Assembly: GCA_002422395.1 (NCBI GenBank)
Contig: DIUY01000030.1
Span: 221,317 to 285,316 of the forward strand
Source: Methylococcaceae bacterium UBA6146
GTDB lineage: Bacteria; Pseudomonadota; Gammaproteobacteria; Methylococcales; Methylomonadaceae
Length of the DNA: 64,000 nucleotides
Reading direction: 5' to 3'
Shown here: piece after piece, positions 32,861 through 41,160 of the stretch
Numbering within the stretch: position 1 is the stretch's first letter
How the letters are laid out: each line of letters opens with the position of its first letter
Notes under the pieces: model-generated
Seen by the model: the letters and a program-made list of their open reading frames with translations, nothing else
What the model was told of the DNA's origin: nothing
Databases searched by the model: none
Position numbers and translations under genes: made by a program

Positions 32861-34699
32861 GTGAGTTTAAATCCTTCAAAAAGCTGGACTATCCAGCAAG
32901 CAGCGCAACTGTATGCCATTGACTTATGGGGTGATGGTTATTTTTCCATCAATGCCGAAGGGCATGTCTGCGTAAAACCCAGTTCAGATAAAACCGGAGA
33001 ACTGGATTTATACGAAATTGCCTGTTCGCTGGGCGATAAACAACTATCGTTGCCGGTGTTGGTGCGCTTTACCGACATCTTAAAAGACCGCGTGACACGG
33101 CTTGACAACGCCTTCAAAAAAGCCTGCCTCAACAATGCTTATCGTGGCAAATACACGCCCGTTTATCCCATTAAGGTCAACCAGCAACGCCAAGTGATTG
33201 AAGGCATACTGGCGGCGGACAATATCGGTTTGGAAGCCGGCAGCAAGCCGGAATTGCTGGCGATTATGGCGTTGTCGAACCAAGGCGTGGTGGTGTGCAA
33301 TGGTTATAAAGACCGCGCCTATATCCGCCTCGCCTTAATTGGCCTGCAAATGGGCTTGGAACTTTATCTGGTGATTGAAAAGCCGCTGGAGTTGGAACTG
33401 ATCATCGAAGAAGCCGCGCGGCTTAATATCAAGCCGTCATTAGGTCTGCGGGTCAGGCTGTCCAGCATCAGCGCGGGCAAATGGCAAAACAGCGGCGGCG
33501 AGAAATCCAAATTCGGCCTGCACGCTTATGAAGTGCTGCAACTGATTGAACGCCTGAAACAAGCCGGTATGCTGGATGCCTTAAAATTGATGCACTTTCA
33601 CATGGGCTCGCAAATCGCCAATATCCACGACATTAAAATAGCACTGAAGGAAGCCGGGCAATTTTATGTGGAACTGCACCGGTTGGGCGCCAAAATCCAG
33701 ATCGTCGATGCGGGCGGCGGCTTGGGCGTGGACTATGACGGCAGCCGCTCGCGCCGCGAGTCGTCAATCAATTACAGCCAAGATGAATACGCACAAAACA
33801 TCGTCCGCAGCTTTGCCGACATCTGCGCCGAAAAACAAGTGCCGCAACCCGACATCATCACCGAATCAGGCCGTGCGCTGACCGCCCATCACGCGGTGTT
33901 GATCACCAATGTCACCGATATTGAGTCGGTGTACAGCAACGAAGAGGTTGCGTTGGAGTTACCCGCCAACCTTAATTTGGCCGAAGCCTATCATGACGCG
34001 CATTTTCAGCTCTCCGAAGCCCGCGCCAAATTTGCCCGCGACAAACTCAGCATCAACGGCTTGGCGCAAGCGGAAAATGACTACGCGATTTTGTGCCAGC
34101 AAATCAAGCGCCAGCTTAACCCTAATAACCAGAGCGAAGCCACCATCTTGCAAGAGTTGAACGAAAAGCTGGCTGACAAAGTTTTTTGCAACTTCTCGCT
34201 GTTCCAGTCCTTGCCGGACATCTGGGGCATCGACCAGATTTTCCCGATTATGCCCATCCACCGTTTAGATGAGCAACCAACCCGCCGCGCCGTGATCCAG
34301 GACTTGACCTGTGATTCGGATGGCCGCATCGACCAATACATAGACGGGCAAAACCTTGAAAACACCCTGCCCGTCCATCTGATTGACACAAAACAGCCTT
34401 ACCTCATCGGCTTTTTTATGGTCGGCGCGTATCAGGAAATTCTTGGTGATATGCACAATTTGTTCGGCGACACCCATTCCATCAACATCAAACTCGATGC
34501 TAACGGCTACCATTTTTATGACTTGCAGGAAGGCGAAGATGTCTCTGAACTGCTTGACTATGTGCATATCAGCAGTGAAGAACTGAAAACGGCTTACCGG
34601 GAAAAACTGGCGAAAAGTGACTTGAGTGACGGGCAACGTCAGGAATATGAACAGGAATTGGTGGCGGGGTTGAATGCTTATACTTATTTGGAGAAATAA
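32861..34699 (+). CDS. speA: Biosynthetic arginine decarboxylase
   Basis: VYPIKVNQ (PLP Lys), GLEAGSKPEL, HFHMGSQI, DAGGGLGVDYDG, DLTCDSDG, LGDMHNLFGD. Confidence 0.96.
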   Translation: MSLNPSKSWTIQQAAQLYAIDLWGDGYFSINAEGHVCVKPSSDKTGELDLYEIACSLGDKQLSLPVLVRFTDILKDRVTRLDNAFKKACLNNAYRGKYTPVYPIKVNQQRQVIEGILAADNIGLEAGSKPELLAIMALSNQGVVVCNGYKDRAYIRLALIGLQMGLELYLVIEKPLELELIIEEAARLNIKPSLGLRVRLSSISAGKWQNSGGEKSKFGLHAYEVLQLIERLKQAGMLDALKLMHFHMGSQIANIHDIKIALKEAGQFYVELHRLGAKIQIVDAGGGLGVDYDGSRSRRESSINYSQDEYAQNIVRSFADICAEKQVPQPDIITESGRALTAHHAVLITNVTDIESVYSNEEVALELPANLNLAEAYHDAHFQLSEARAKFARDKLSINGLAQAENDYAILCQQIKRQLNPNNQSEATILQELNEKLADKVFCNFSLFQSLPDIWGIDQIFPIMPIHRLDEQPTRRAVIQDLTCDSDGRIDQYIDGQNLENTLPVHLIDTKQPYLIGFFMVGAYQEILGDMHNLFGDTHSINIKLDANGYHFYDLQEGEDVSELLDYVHISSEELKTAYREKLAKSDLSDGQRQEYEQELVAGLNAYTYLEK

Positions 34700-34721
34700 T
34701 CTTTAAAGCTTCGGTGGGGAA

Positions 34722-34840
34722 TGTAGGATGGGGTGACGTAAGGAAGTCCATCAAAACGACAAGTCTTACGCCAATTCCCAAGCTACGGTGGGGCTAAGCC
34801 AAGTAGATACGCAATGCGTGCCCTATACTTGGCTTAGCAT
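34722..34840. repeat. Degenerate REP-like hairpins at the left edge of the R-M cassette
   Basis: GTAGGATGGGGTGACG...CCATC, and a 13-bp inverted repeat GCTAAGCCAAGTA ... TACTTGGCTTAGC. Confidence 0.45.
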
Positions 34841-34870
34841 TTCAAGGTGTTGGTTGAGAATATCGCCTAT

Positions 34871-35734
34871 TTAATTGTAATTCTTTAGCCATTTCTGTGC
34901 CAATTCCGGAATACGGGTAAGTGTTTCTCTGCCAAACACCACTTCATCAACGTATCCCATGTGCAACATGTCAATAATGCGGCATAAATATGATCTTCCA
35001 CATACCCACCAAGTGTAATAATCATCAATGAACAAAATATGCTGTATTTTGCGTTGGGATGCAATTTCAAGTTCTTCCAATTCCATGCCGTCTAGTAGTG
35101 TTTCATAAACACCATCAGCGACACGGCTACCGAATGTTGTCGTATAGTAATATTCCTTAATTTCCCAGATGGCGATAGGATTGACTACCGAAGGGAACGC
35201 GCCATCCACTCGGCGGGACAATGTCCGCAGTGGCATCCCATCATGGGTTATCGTGGTTAAGCTACGAGGATCATAATCGCAGGGAATGCCATCGATGTTA
35301 GCCTCTATCAGCATATTGACCATGCCCGTCAGAAACGCATAGTTCTTTTTTTCCGATTTTTGCTTGTTCATTGGTAAAGGGCACTGAGGGTTTAGCTGCA
35401 CTTTGAGTCGATTAAATTCAATTTCAGCAGCAACTTTATCCATCAAATTACCTTGAACGGTATCATTCAGACAGGTTGCGCGGAACGTGAAATAATCAAA
35501 CAAATTTTTGCCAAAATCGGTTAACACGTTATCGCCATTAGCAATATGTTCAGCAGACAAACCGAGCTTTTCGAATTGCTTGCGAATAGCTAATAAAGCT
35601 GGGATTTTGATGGACTTTGTGCCTCGTTCGGTATAACCAACCTCTTGGCTGATAGTGCGGACATTAGCCCAAAATTCCTTGGGTTGGGAGATAAAACGAG
35701 GGTCAGCTTTCAAGATAACGTTCCACAAAGGCAA
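34871..35734 (-). CDS. Putative type II restriction endonuclease (PD-(D/E)xK fold)
   Basis: RRVDGAFP...IWEIKE motif; overlaps an upstream HTH controller; divergent from an adenine MTase. Confidence 0.7.
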   Translation of the reverse strand: MPLWNVILKADPRFISQPKEFWANVRTISQEVGYTERGTKSIKIPALLAIRKQFEKLGLSAEHIANGDNVLTDFGKNLFDYFTFRATCLNDTVQGNLMDKVAAEIEFNRLKVQLNPQCPLPMNKQKSEKKNYAFLTGMVNMLIEANIDGIPCDYDPRSLTTITHDGMPLRTLSRRVDGAFPSVVNPIAIWEIKEYYYTTTFGSRVADGVYETLLDGMELEELEIASQRKIQHILFIDDYYTWWVCGRSYLCRIIDMLHMGYVDEVVFGRETLTRIPELAQKWLKNYN

Positions 35735-35918
35735 TTAAAGAAATATCCATGGCTTTACAGACAGCTTCTAACTCGATTAAATCGAGCCGTTGCTCGCCAT
35801 TTTCATATTTCGAAACATACGATTGTGCCTGCCCTATTTTTTCGGCAAGCTGAAATTGGGTAAGGTTGCTATCTAAGCGAATTTGCCGCAGTAATGCGGC
35901 GAGGCGATTTTTTTTCAT
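35703..35918 (-). CDS. XRE-family HTH protein, probable R-M controller (C protein)
   Basis: LTQFQLAEKIGQAQSYVSKYENGEQRLDLIEL; 71 aa; immediately upstream of and overlapping the endonuclease gene. Confidence 0.82.
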   Translation of the reverse strand: MKKNRLAALLRQIRLDSNLTQFQLAEKIGQAQSYVSKYENGEQRLDLIELEAVCKAMDISLIAFVERYLES

Positions 35919-35939
35919 GCCGACTACTGTAAATTCTAT

Positions 35940-35974
35940 GTTAGGATATTCAAAATTAGAATATAAAGCCTAAC
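35940..35974. promoter_or_regulatory. Nested inverted repeat between the divergent C and MTase genes (candidate operator)
   Basis: GTTAGG-ATATTC-AAAATTA-GAATAT-AAAG-CCTAAC. Confidence 0.4.
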
Positions 35975-35996
35975 TTCTTTAGATACCCCCTTAAAA

Positions 35997-36911
35997 ATGA
36001 TTATGCCTGCAAGCCTACAACAACTTGAATTGTTTAGCACCGAAGACGCGCCAATACCGGTTTCAGGGGGTACTAAACCCTTTCGTACCCAATTATTGAA
36101 ATGGATAGGTAACAAACAGACACAAGCTGATGCAATCATTGGTTTTTTCCCCAAGCAATTTGGCACTTATTTTGAGCCTTTTCTCGGTAGCGGTGGTGTA
36201 TTGGGTGTACTTGCGCCGAAAAATGCAGTGGCGAGTGATGCTTTTTCCCCATTAGTACAAATATGGCAAACACTTCATACTGATAAAGAAGCCTTGAAGC
36301 AGCAATATGAAGAGCGCTATCAATTGATAGAACAACTAGGGAAAAAAACGGCTTATGAACAAATTCTTGCCAGCTATAACAACCAGCCAAATGGCGCTGA
36401 CCTGCTGTTTTTATGCCGGGCGTGTTATGGAGGTGTCGTCCGATTCCGGAAAAGTGATGGTTACATGAGTACGCCTGTTGGTGTCCATGCGCCAGTATCG
36501 CCAGAAAGTTTTGGTAAACGGGTCGATGTTTGGTATGCGCGGACACAGGGTGCAAACTTTTTCCACTTAGATTTCGCCATTGCTATGGCGCAAGCAAAGC
36601 GTGGCGATTTGGTTTATTGCGATCCACCTTATTCTGATAGCCAAACCATTCTGTACGGAGCACAGGCCTTTTCCTTGGAGCGGCTGTTTGATTCAATTGC
36701 GGCATGTAAAGAACGAGGCGTTTATGTCGCATTAAGTATTGACGGCACAAAATTTTCTGGACGCAAGCTTTGTGATATTGCTATCCCTGATGGCTTATTT
36801 AAGCGCGAAGAGTTCGTTAATGTGGGGCGTTCAATGTTGAAACGTTTTCAAATGGATGGGCAAAGCCTTGAGGATCATGTGGTTCGTGATAGATTATTGC
36901 TGACATATTGA
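35997..36911 (+). CDS. Dam/D12-class N6-adenine DNA methyltransferase
   Basis: LKWIGNK, YFEPFLGSG (motif I), VYCDPPY (motif IV), alpha-class order. Confidence 0.92.
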   Translation: MIMPASLQQLELFSTEDAPIPVSGGTKPFRTQLLKWIGNKQTQADAIIGFFPKQFGTYFEPFLGSGGVLGVLAPKNAVASDAFSPLVQIWQTLHTDKEALKQQYEERYQLIEQLGKKTAYEQILASYNNQPNGADLLFLCRACYGGVVRFRKSDGYMSTPVGVHAPVSPESFGKRVDVWYARTQGANFFHLDFAIAMAQAKRGDLVYCDPPYSDSQTILYGAQAFSLERLFDSIAACKERGVYVALSIDGTKFSGRKLCDIAIPDGLFKREEFVNVGRSMLKRFQMDGQSLEDHVVRDRLLLTY

Positions 36912-36944
36912 AGATATTGGAAATTGTTCTACGCGTCTTTTACC

Positions 36945-37007
36945 ATTAAATGTAAACCCACCGCCAATGCCATACTCAAACAAGCTGGCTTAACGTCAAA
37001 AACTTGA
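36945..37007 (+). pseudogene. C-terminal remnant of a HicA-type toxin
   Basis: Translates IKCKPTANAILKQAGLTSKT*, resembling the HicA C-terminal (H)TANAILKQAGL motif; no start codon or 5' part. Confidence 0.5.
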
Positions 37008-37100
37008 GTTATCCATAAATATTTACTCTTTTTGCAAGCAGCAATATTTCTATATTAATTCAATAGATTAGCATAATAAAAAATACAGGGGGGACATAGC

Positions 37101-37961
37101 ATGAAAGTTGGTTTTATAGGCTTAGGCGCAATGGGTTTAAGCATGGCGCGGAATGTTGCCAAAGTTGGGTTGCTGGCGGGTGTGTACAACCGGACCACTG
37201 TAAAAGCCCAAACCTTGGCGGCGGAATTGGGCGTTACAAATTATCAAGACATCACAACGCTTGCCGCTGATATGGATGTGGTTTTACTGTGCGTGTCCGC
37301 CGATGCGGATGTGCTGGCGGTAGTTAACGCAATCGCGGCAACCATCAGGCCCGGTGCGGTTGTTGTCGATATGTCCACGGTCAGTAGCGGCACGGCCAGA
37401 CAGGCGGCGGCGATATTGGCGGAAAAACAAGCCTACTTTTTAGACGCACCCGTGTCAGGCGGTGTCGAAGGCGCCAAAAATGGCACGTTGGCGATGATGA
37501 TAGGTGGGGACATTGACGCCTTGGAACATGTCCGCCCCGTGTTGGCTGCCATGGCAACGCGCATTGTCCATATCGGCGCAACCGGCTCTGGACAGGCCAC
37601 TAAGGCGGCCAACCAAATCATGTGTGCAGGCATCAACCAGGCCGTGACCGAAGCGCTGGCTTTTGCCCAAGCGCAAGGCTTGCCGATGGAGAAAGTGATT
37701 GATGTCATTTCTGGCGGCGCGGCAGGCAACTGGTTTCTTGACCATCGTGGCAAAACCATGACCAGCGGTAGTTTTGCGCCCGGTTTTAAGCTGGCATTGC
37801 ATCACAAAGATTTAAAAATTTGCCAAACTATGGCGACGCCAACGGGGGTTGCCACTCCGTTGACCGACATGACGGTTGCCGATTATGTGCAACTCATGGC
37901 AGACGGCTTCGGCGCTGAGGACATATCGGCACTGTACCGGCTAAAAATCCCGAAAACTTAG
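37101..37961 (+). CDS. NAD(P)-dependent oxidoreductase, beta-hydroxyacid dehydrogenase family
   Basis: GFIGLGAMG, FLDAPVSGG, GQATKAANQ, FAPGFKLALHHKDL. Confidence 0.9.
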   Translation: MKVGFIGLGAMGLSMARNVAKVGLLAGVYNRTTVKAQTLAAELGVTNYQDITTLAADMDVVLLCVSADADVLAVVNAIAATIRPGAVVVDMSTVSSGTARQAAAILAEKQAYFLDAPVSGGVEGAKNGTLAMMIGGDIDALEHVRPVLAAMATRIVHIGATGSGQATKAANQIMCAGINQAVTEALAFAQAQGLPMEKVIDVISGGAAGNWFLDHRGKTMTSGSFAPGFKLALHHKDLKICQTMATPTGVATPLTDMTVADYVQLMADGFGAEDISALYRLKIPKT

Positions 37962-37980
37962 GGGACGCCCTACAGTATCT

Positions 37981-38177
37981 GGTAGTGGTCAACATTCAAC
38001 TGCTTAGGCAACTCGCAAAAAATAATCTCCCACTTGCATAAGCCGTTCGCTGAGCGGGAGCCGAAGCGAACACCAGCATTGTCGGCTTCGACGCCGCTCA
38101 GTCGACGGTGGTTTGACAGCGGAATCAAAAAACATGTTTTTTGACTCCAAAATAGCATTACCATTTTTACCACCACC
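37981..38177. mobile_element. MITE family A copy (inverted relative to 2035) carrying a ~106-bp internal insertion
   Basis: GGTAGTGGTCAACATTCAA ... TGACAGCGGAATCAAAAAACATGTTTTTTGACTCCAAAATA ... TTTACCACCACC; insertion 38008-38113 includes a REP-like doublet at 38043-38108. Confidence 0.72.
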
Positions 38178-38184
38178 CCCGTAT

Positions 38185-40782
38185 TTATCCACCAGTTGCC
38201 GCCGCTTCCGCCAACACGCAATCAACCCAAAAAATCGACCCCTCACCCAGTTTGCTCTGGACACCAATGCTGCCGCCCATCGCCTCGATCAGCTGCTTGC
38301 AGAGGGCAAGCCCCACGCCACTGCCTTCCACCCCGCTGTAAGCCGACTCCAAGCGCTCAAAATTTTTGAATAAATTTGGCAAGGCATGGGCGGGGATGCC
38401 TTTGCCCGTATCGCGGAATGCAATCCGCATCCTATCCTTGCCTTCCGGACGGCAACTGACCCAAATTTGCCCCGAATCACGGTTGTATTTAATGGCATTA
38501 GCCAATAGGTTCAAGATGGTTTGTCTAAGCCGCAAACGGTCTGCGTGCACGGTGCATGAACAATCAGCATAAAAATTAAGCGTAATTCCACGCTCCATGA
38601 TTAACGGCTGAAGTGAGCCGATACATTCCTCCAGTAATGGCCCGATAGCCAGCGCTTCCATAGCCAGCTCCAAGCGGCCAGTCTCAATCCGCGCCAAATC
38701 CAAAACTTCATTGATCAGTTCCAGCAAATGCCCGCCCGCCTTCAGTATTTCCCGAACACTGTCCAGTTGGTCGGGAACTAATGGGGCTAACGTATCGGTT
38801 TCTAACAGTTGCCCGAAGCCCAGAATGGCATTAAGCGGCGTGCGCAATTCATGGCTCATGCGTGACAGGAATTGTGATTTGGCGTGGCTGGCCCGTTGCG
38901 CCTCATCCCTGGCGTTGACCAATTCAGCAGTCCGCTCCGCCACCCGTTGCTCAAGTGCTTGGTTGAGGGAGATGAGTGCGGCTTTGGCGCGTTTGTGGCC
39001 GGTAAGGTCCGAGGCAACGAAAAGGAAGCCGATGACATTCCCCTGCCCGTCGTGTTTGGCGGTAACGGTCTGGCTGACCGGCAATAAGGAGCCATCCTTG
39101 CGGATATAAGTCCATTCACAAGGGGATAAATCACCCCGCAAGGACGGCTCAAAAAACACCGGCAACCCTTCAACCGCTTGCCCATAGCGCTTGCTTAGCA
39201 GCTCGCTGCGGGCGGCAATTTCTGTAGCCTGATGAAAAAACACCGGCGCCTGTTTATTGACAACTTCCAGCGCCTGATACCCCAACATCCGCTCGGCACC
39301 TTTGTTAAACAAGGAAATGACGCCATTAACATCAGTGGATATGATAGCCACCTCAGTGGCGGCATCAATAACAGCCTGCAATTCAATACGGGTTGCTAAA
39401 GTGGCCTCTACTTCAAGCTGGCTTTTAGTTATATCCTGCACCGTGCCCCATGAGCTTATAGGCTTGTCTTCGGCATCAAAGTCCGTATCGCCACATTCCT
39501 CAACCCATTTAATGCGGCCATCGGGCATCAGCAAGCGATGGATGATTTGGTAAGGTGTCTTGGAATGCAAAGAATTGGTGTAGACCTGATTGACTTTTTC
39601 CCTGTCATCAGGATGGATGATGTTGAGGAAAGCGTCATAAGTGGCTTCAAAATTTTCTTTGTCAAGCTCAAATAGCCGGAAAACTTCATCTGTCCAAATT
39701 AGCTGGCCGGTTTTTAAATCCAATTCCCAGCTCCCAACCTTAGCGATCCGTTGGGCTTCATTAAGACGCGCCTCGTTGAGGCGCAGGCGTTCTTCGGCTA
39801 CTTTTTGAGGGCGTAAATCCCGGGCCACCAGCCCAAAATTAATGGCTTCCCCAGTGTTAGGGTCATCAATGCGGAACAAGTCAATTGACACGGCAATCGT
39901 GCCACCATCAAGCAAATTACAAAACTGGTGTTCGCCAAGCCAACGGCCTGTGGCCAGCACTTCTGCGGCTATGTCAGCCAACAATGGCCAACGGCCACCG
40001 GCTAACAAACCACCTAACGGGATCTTAGAACAATCCCCGTCAACACTAACACCGAGCAACTGCCGCCCCGCTTGGTTAATGAATTGCACCTTACCGTCCA
40101 AACTAAAAAGCCCGATAAAGTCGGATGCAGAACGGACAACGGCGGTGTAACGCTCCATTTCACGCTCACGCAACCGCTGTTCGGTGACATCCTTGCCTAT
40201 CGAAATAACGCCGCTAAGTTGGCCATTAAAATCGTAAAGGGGTTGGTTCAGCCAGGCGATTTCCCGCTGCTCGCCATTGCGAGTGACAATCGGGTTTATA
40301 TGGCTGCTTTTTACTGTGGTGCAGCTTATTGAATTAAACAAAGCCCGAATGTGTTCTCTGTAAAATTCAGGCACAAAGGACGAAAACCAGTCCTTGCCCT
40401 TAATTTCTTCCAATTGGTAGCCGGTCAGTTGCTCAAAACAAGGATTGGCATAACTGATGTTGCCCTGCTCATCCAAGAGCAAAATGCTCACCGGTGCAGC
40501 ATTGAGCAAGTTGGCGGCAAAATCACGTTCACGTTTAAGCTCCAACGCCTGTTGATTGCGTTCGGCAACGCTTATGTCCAAAGCATTTAGGGCTCGCCAA
40601 GCAAACCAACTAGAACAGACGCCTACAAAACTTATGACGAAAAAGATATGTCCCACCAATTGCACGTTATCCCGCATTTGACATAGCCTATAACAATGCA
40701 GGGCCACCACGGCGGCTGCGGCGGCTGCGGCGAGCAATGCGGACAACATCATAACCGCCTTTAGCAATTTTTTTTTCATCAT
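38185..40782 (-). CDS. Membrane-anchored sensor histidine kinase with four PAS domains, no receiver
   Basis: Two N-terminal hydrophobic segments, four PAS/PAC repeats, SHELRTPLN H-box, NAIKYN, DTGKGI, GSGVGL, GSIF. Confidence 0.88.
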   Translation of the reverse strand: MMKKKLLKAVMMLSALLAAAAAAAVVALHCYRLCQMRDNVQLVGHIFFVISFVGVCSSWFAWRALNALDISVAERNQQALELKRERDFAANLLNAAPVSILLLDEQGNISYANPCFEQLTGYQLEEIKGKDWFSSFVPEFYREHIRALFNSISCTTVKSSHINPIVTRNGEQREIAWLNQPLYDFNGQLSGVISIGKDVTEQRLREREMERYTAVVRSASDFIGLFSLDGKVQFINQAGRQLLGVSVDGDCSKIPLGGLLAGGRWPLLADIAAEVLATGRWLGEHQFCNLLDGGTIAVSIDLFRIDDPNTGEAINFGLVARDLRPQKVAEERLRLNEARLNEAQRIAKVGSWELDLKTGQLIWTDEVFRLFELDKENFEATYDAFLNIIHPDDREKVNQVYTNSLHSKTPYQIIHRLLMPDGRIKWVEECGDTDFDAEDKPISSWGTVQDITKSQLEVEATLATRIELQAVIDAATEVAIISTDVNGVISLFNKGAERMLGYQALEVVNKQAPVFFHQATEIAARSELLSKRYGQAVEGLPVFFEPSLRGDLSPCEWTYIRKDGSLLPVSQTVTAKHDGQGNVIGFLFVASDLTGHKRAKAALISLNQALEQRVAERTAELVNARDEAQRASHAKSQFLSRMSHELRTPLNAILGFGQLLETDTLAPLVPDQLDSVREILKAGGHLLELINEVLDLARIETGRLELAMEALAIGPLLEECIGSLQPLIMERGITLNFYADCSCTVHADRLRLRQTILNLLANAIKYNRDSGQIWVSCRPEGKDRMRIAFRDTGKGIPAHALPNLFKNFERLESAYSGVEGSGVGLALCKQLIEAMGGSIGVQSKLGEGSIFWVDCVLAEAAATGG

Positions 40783-40804
40783 GGCCCCGCCTTATTGTTA
40801 TTTG

Positions 40805-40914
40805 GGTGGTAGGTTAAATCTGTGGCTGCACGTTGATAAGCGGGAGTACAAACCTGGGTTTGCCTCAGTACAAGCCAAGGCTTGTACTCCATCCACCCCA
40901 TTTAACCCACTACC
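40805..40914. mobile_element. MITE family B copy 1 (110 bp)
   Basis: GGTGGTAGGTTAAAT ... ATTTAACCCACTACC; internal GTACAAGCCAAGGCTTGTAC; near-identical inverted copy at 53435. Confidence 0.75.
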
Positions 40915-40972
40915 ATATTTTTGAATCAAAAAACTCCGCTGTCACTTAGGCATTTGAATGTTTACCACTACC
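40915..40972. mobile_element. MITE family A, truncated copy abutting family B copy 1
   Basis: TATTTTTGAATCAAAAAACTCCGCTGTCACTTAGGCATTTGAATGTTTACCACTACC matches the right part of 2035-2127. Confidence 0.68.
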
Positions 40973-40985
40973 AATAAATCTAAAG

Positions 40986-41094
40986 AATAGGGGGTTAAAT
41001 CTGTAATTTTAGTTCGTAATGTGGAGTGCAAACCTGGGTTTGCGCCTGTACAAGCCTAGGCTTGTACTCCAGCCAGCAGATTTAACCCGCTACC
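40986..41094. mobile_element. MITE family B copy 2
   Basis: ..TAGGGGGTTAAATC ... GATTTAACCCGCTACC; perfect 20-bp palindrome GTACAAGCCTAGGCTTGTAC; flanks ATCTAAAG / ATCTAAGG. Confidence 0.72.
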
Positions 41095-41160
41095 ATCTAA
41101 GGGTCAGGCCAAGAATAACTTCCAGCATTTAACATGATTACCATAGCGGCGGCTCATGAC

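Noticed and set aside
34700-34870. Integron attC site beside the R-M cassette
   Set aside because: No RYYYAAC...GTTRRRY core boxes framing the hairpins and no integrase in the window
35997-36911. Treating the MTase as housekeeping dam
   Set aside because: It sits in a C-R-M cassette between unrelated genes rather than in the aroB-damX-dam context, and its specificity cannot be read from the sequence
38004-38373. Short ORFs 38004-38267, 37970-38221 and 38113-38373
   Set aside because: Read through MITE A/REP sequence or antisense to the kinase; no protein-like signature
40805-41094. CRISPR array suggested by repeated palindromes
   Set aside because: Only two ~110-bp copies with terminal inverted repeats and target duplications; no regular repeat-spacer period and no cas genes
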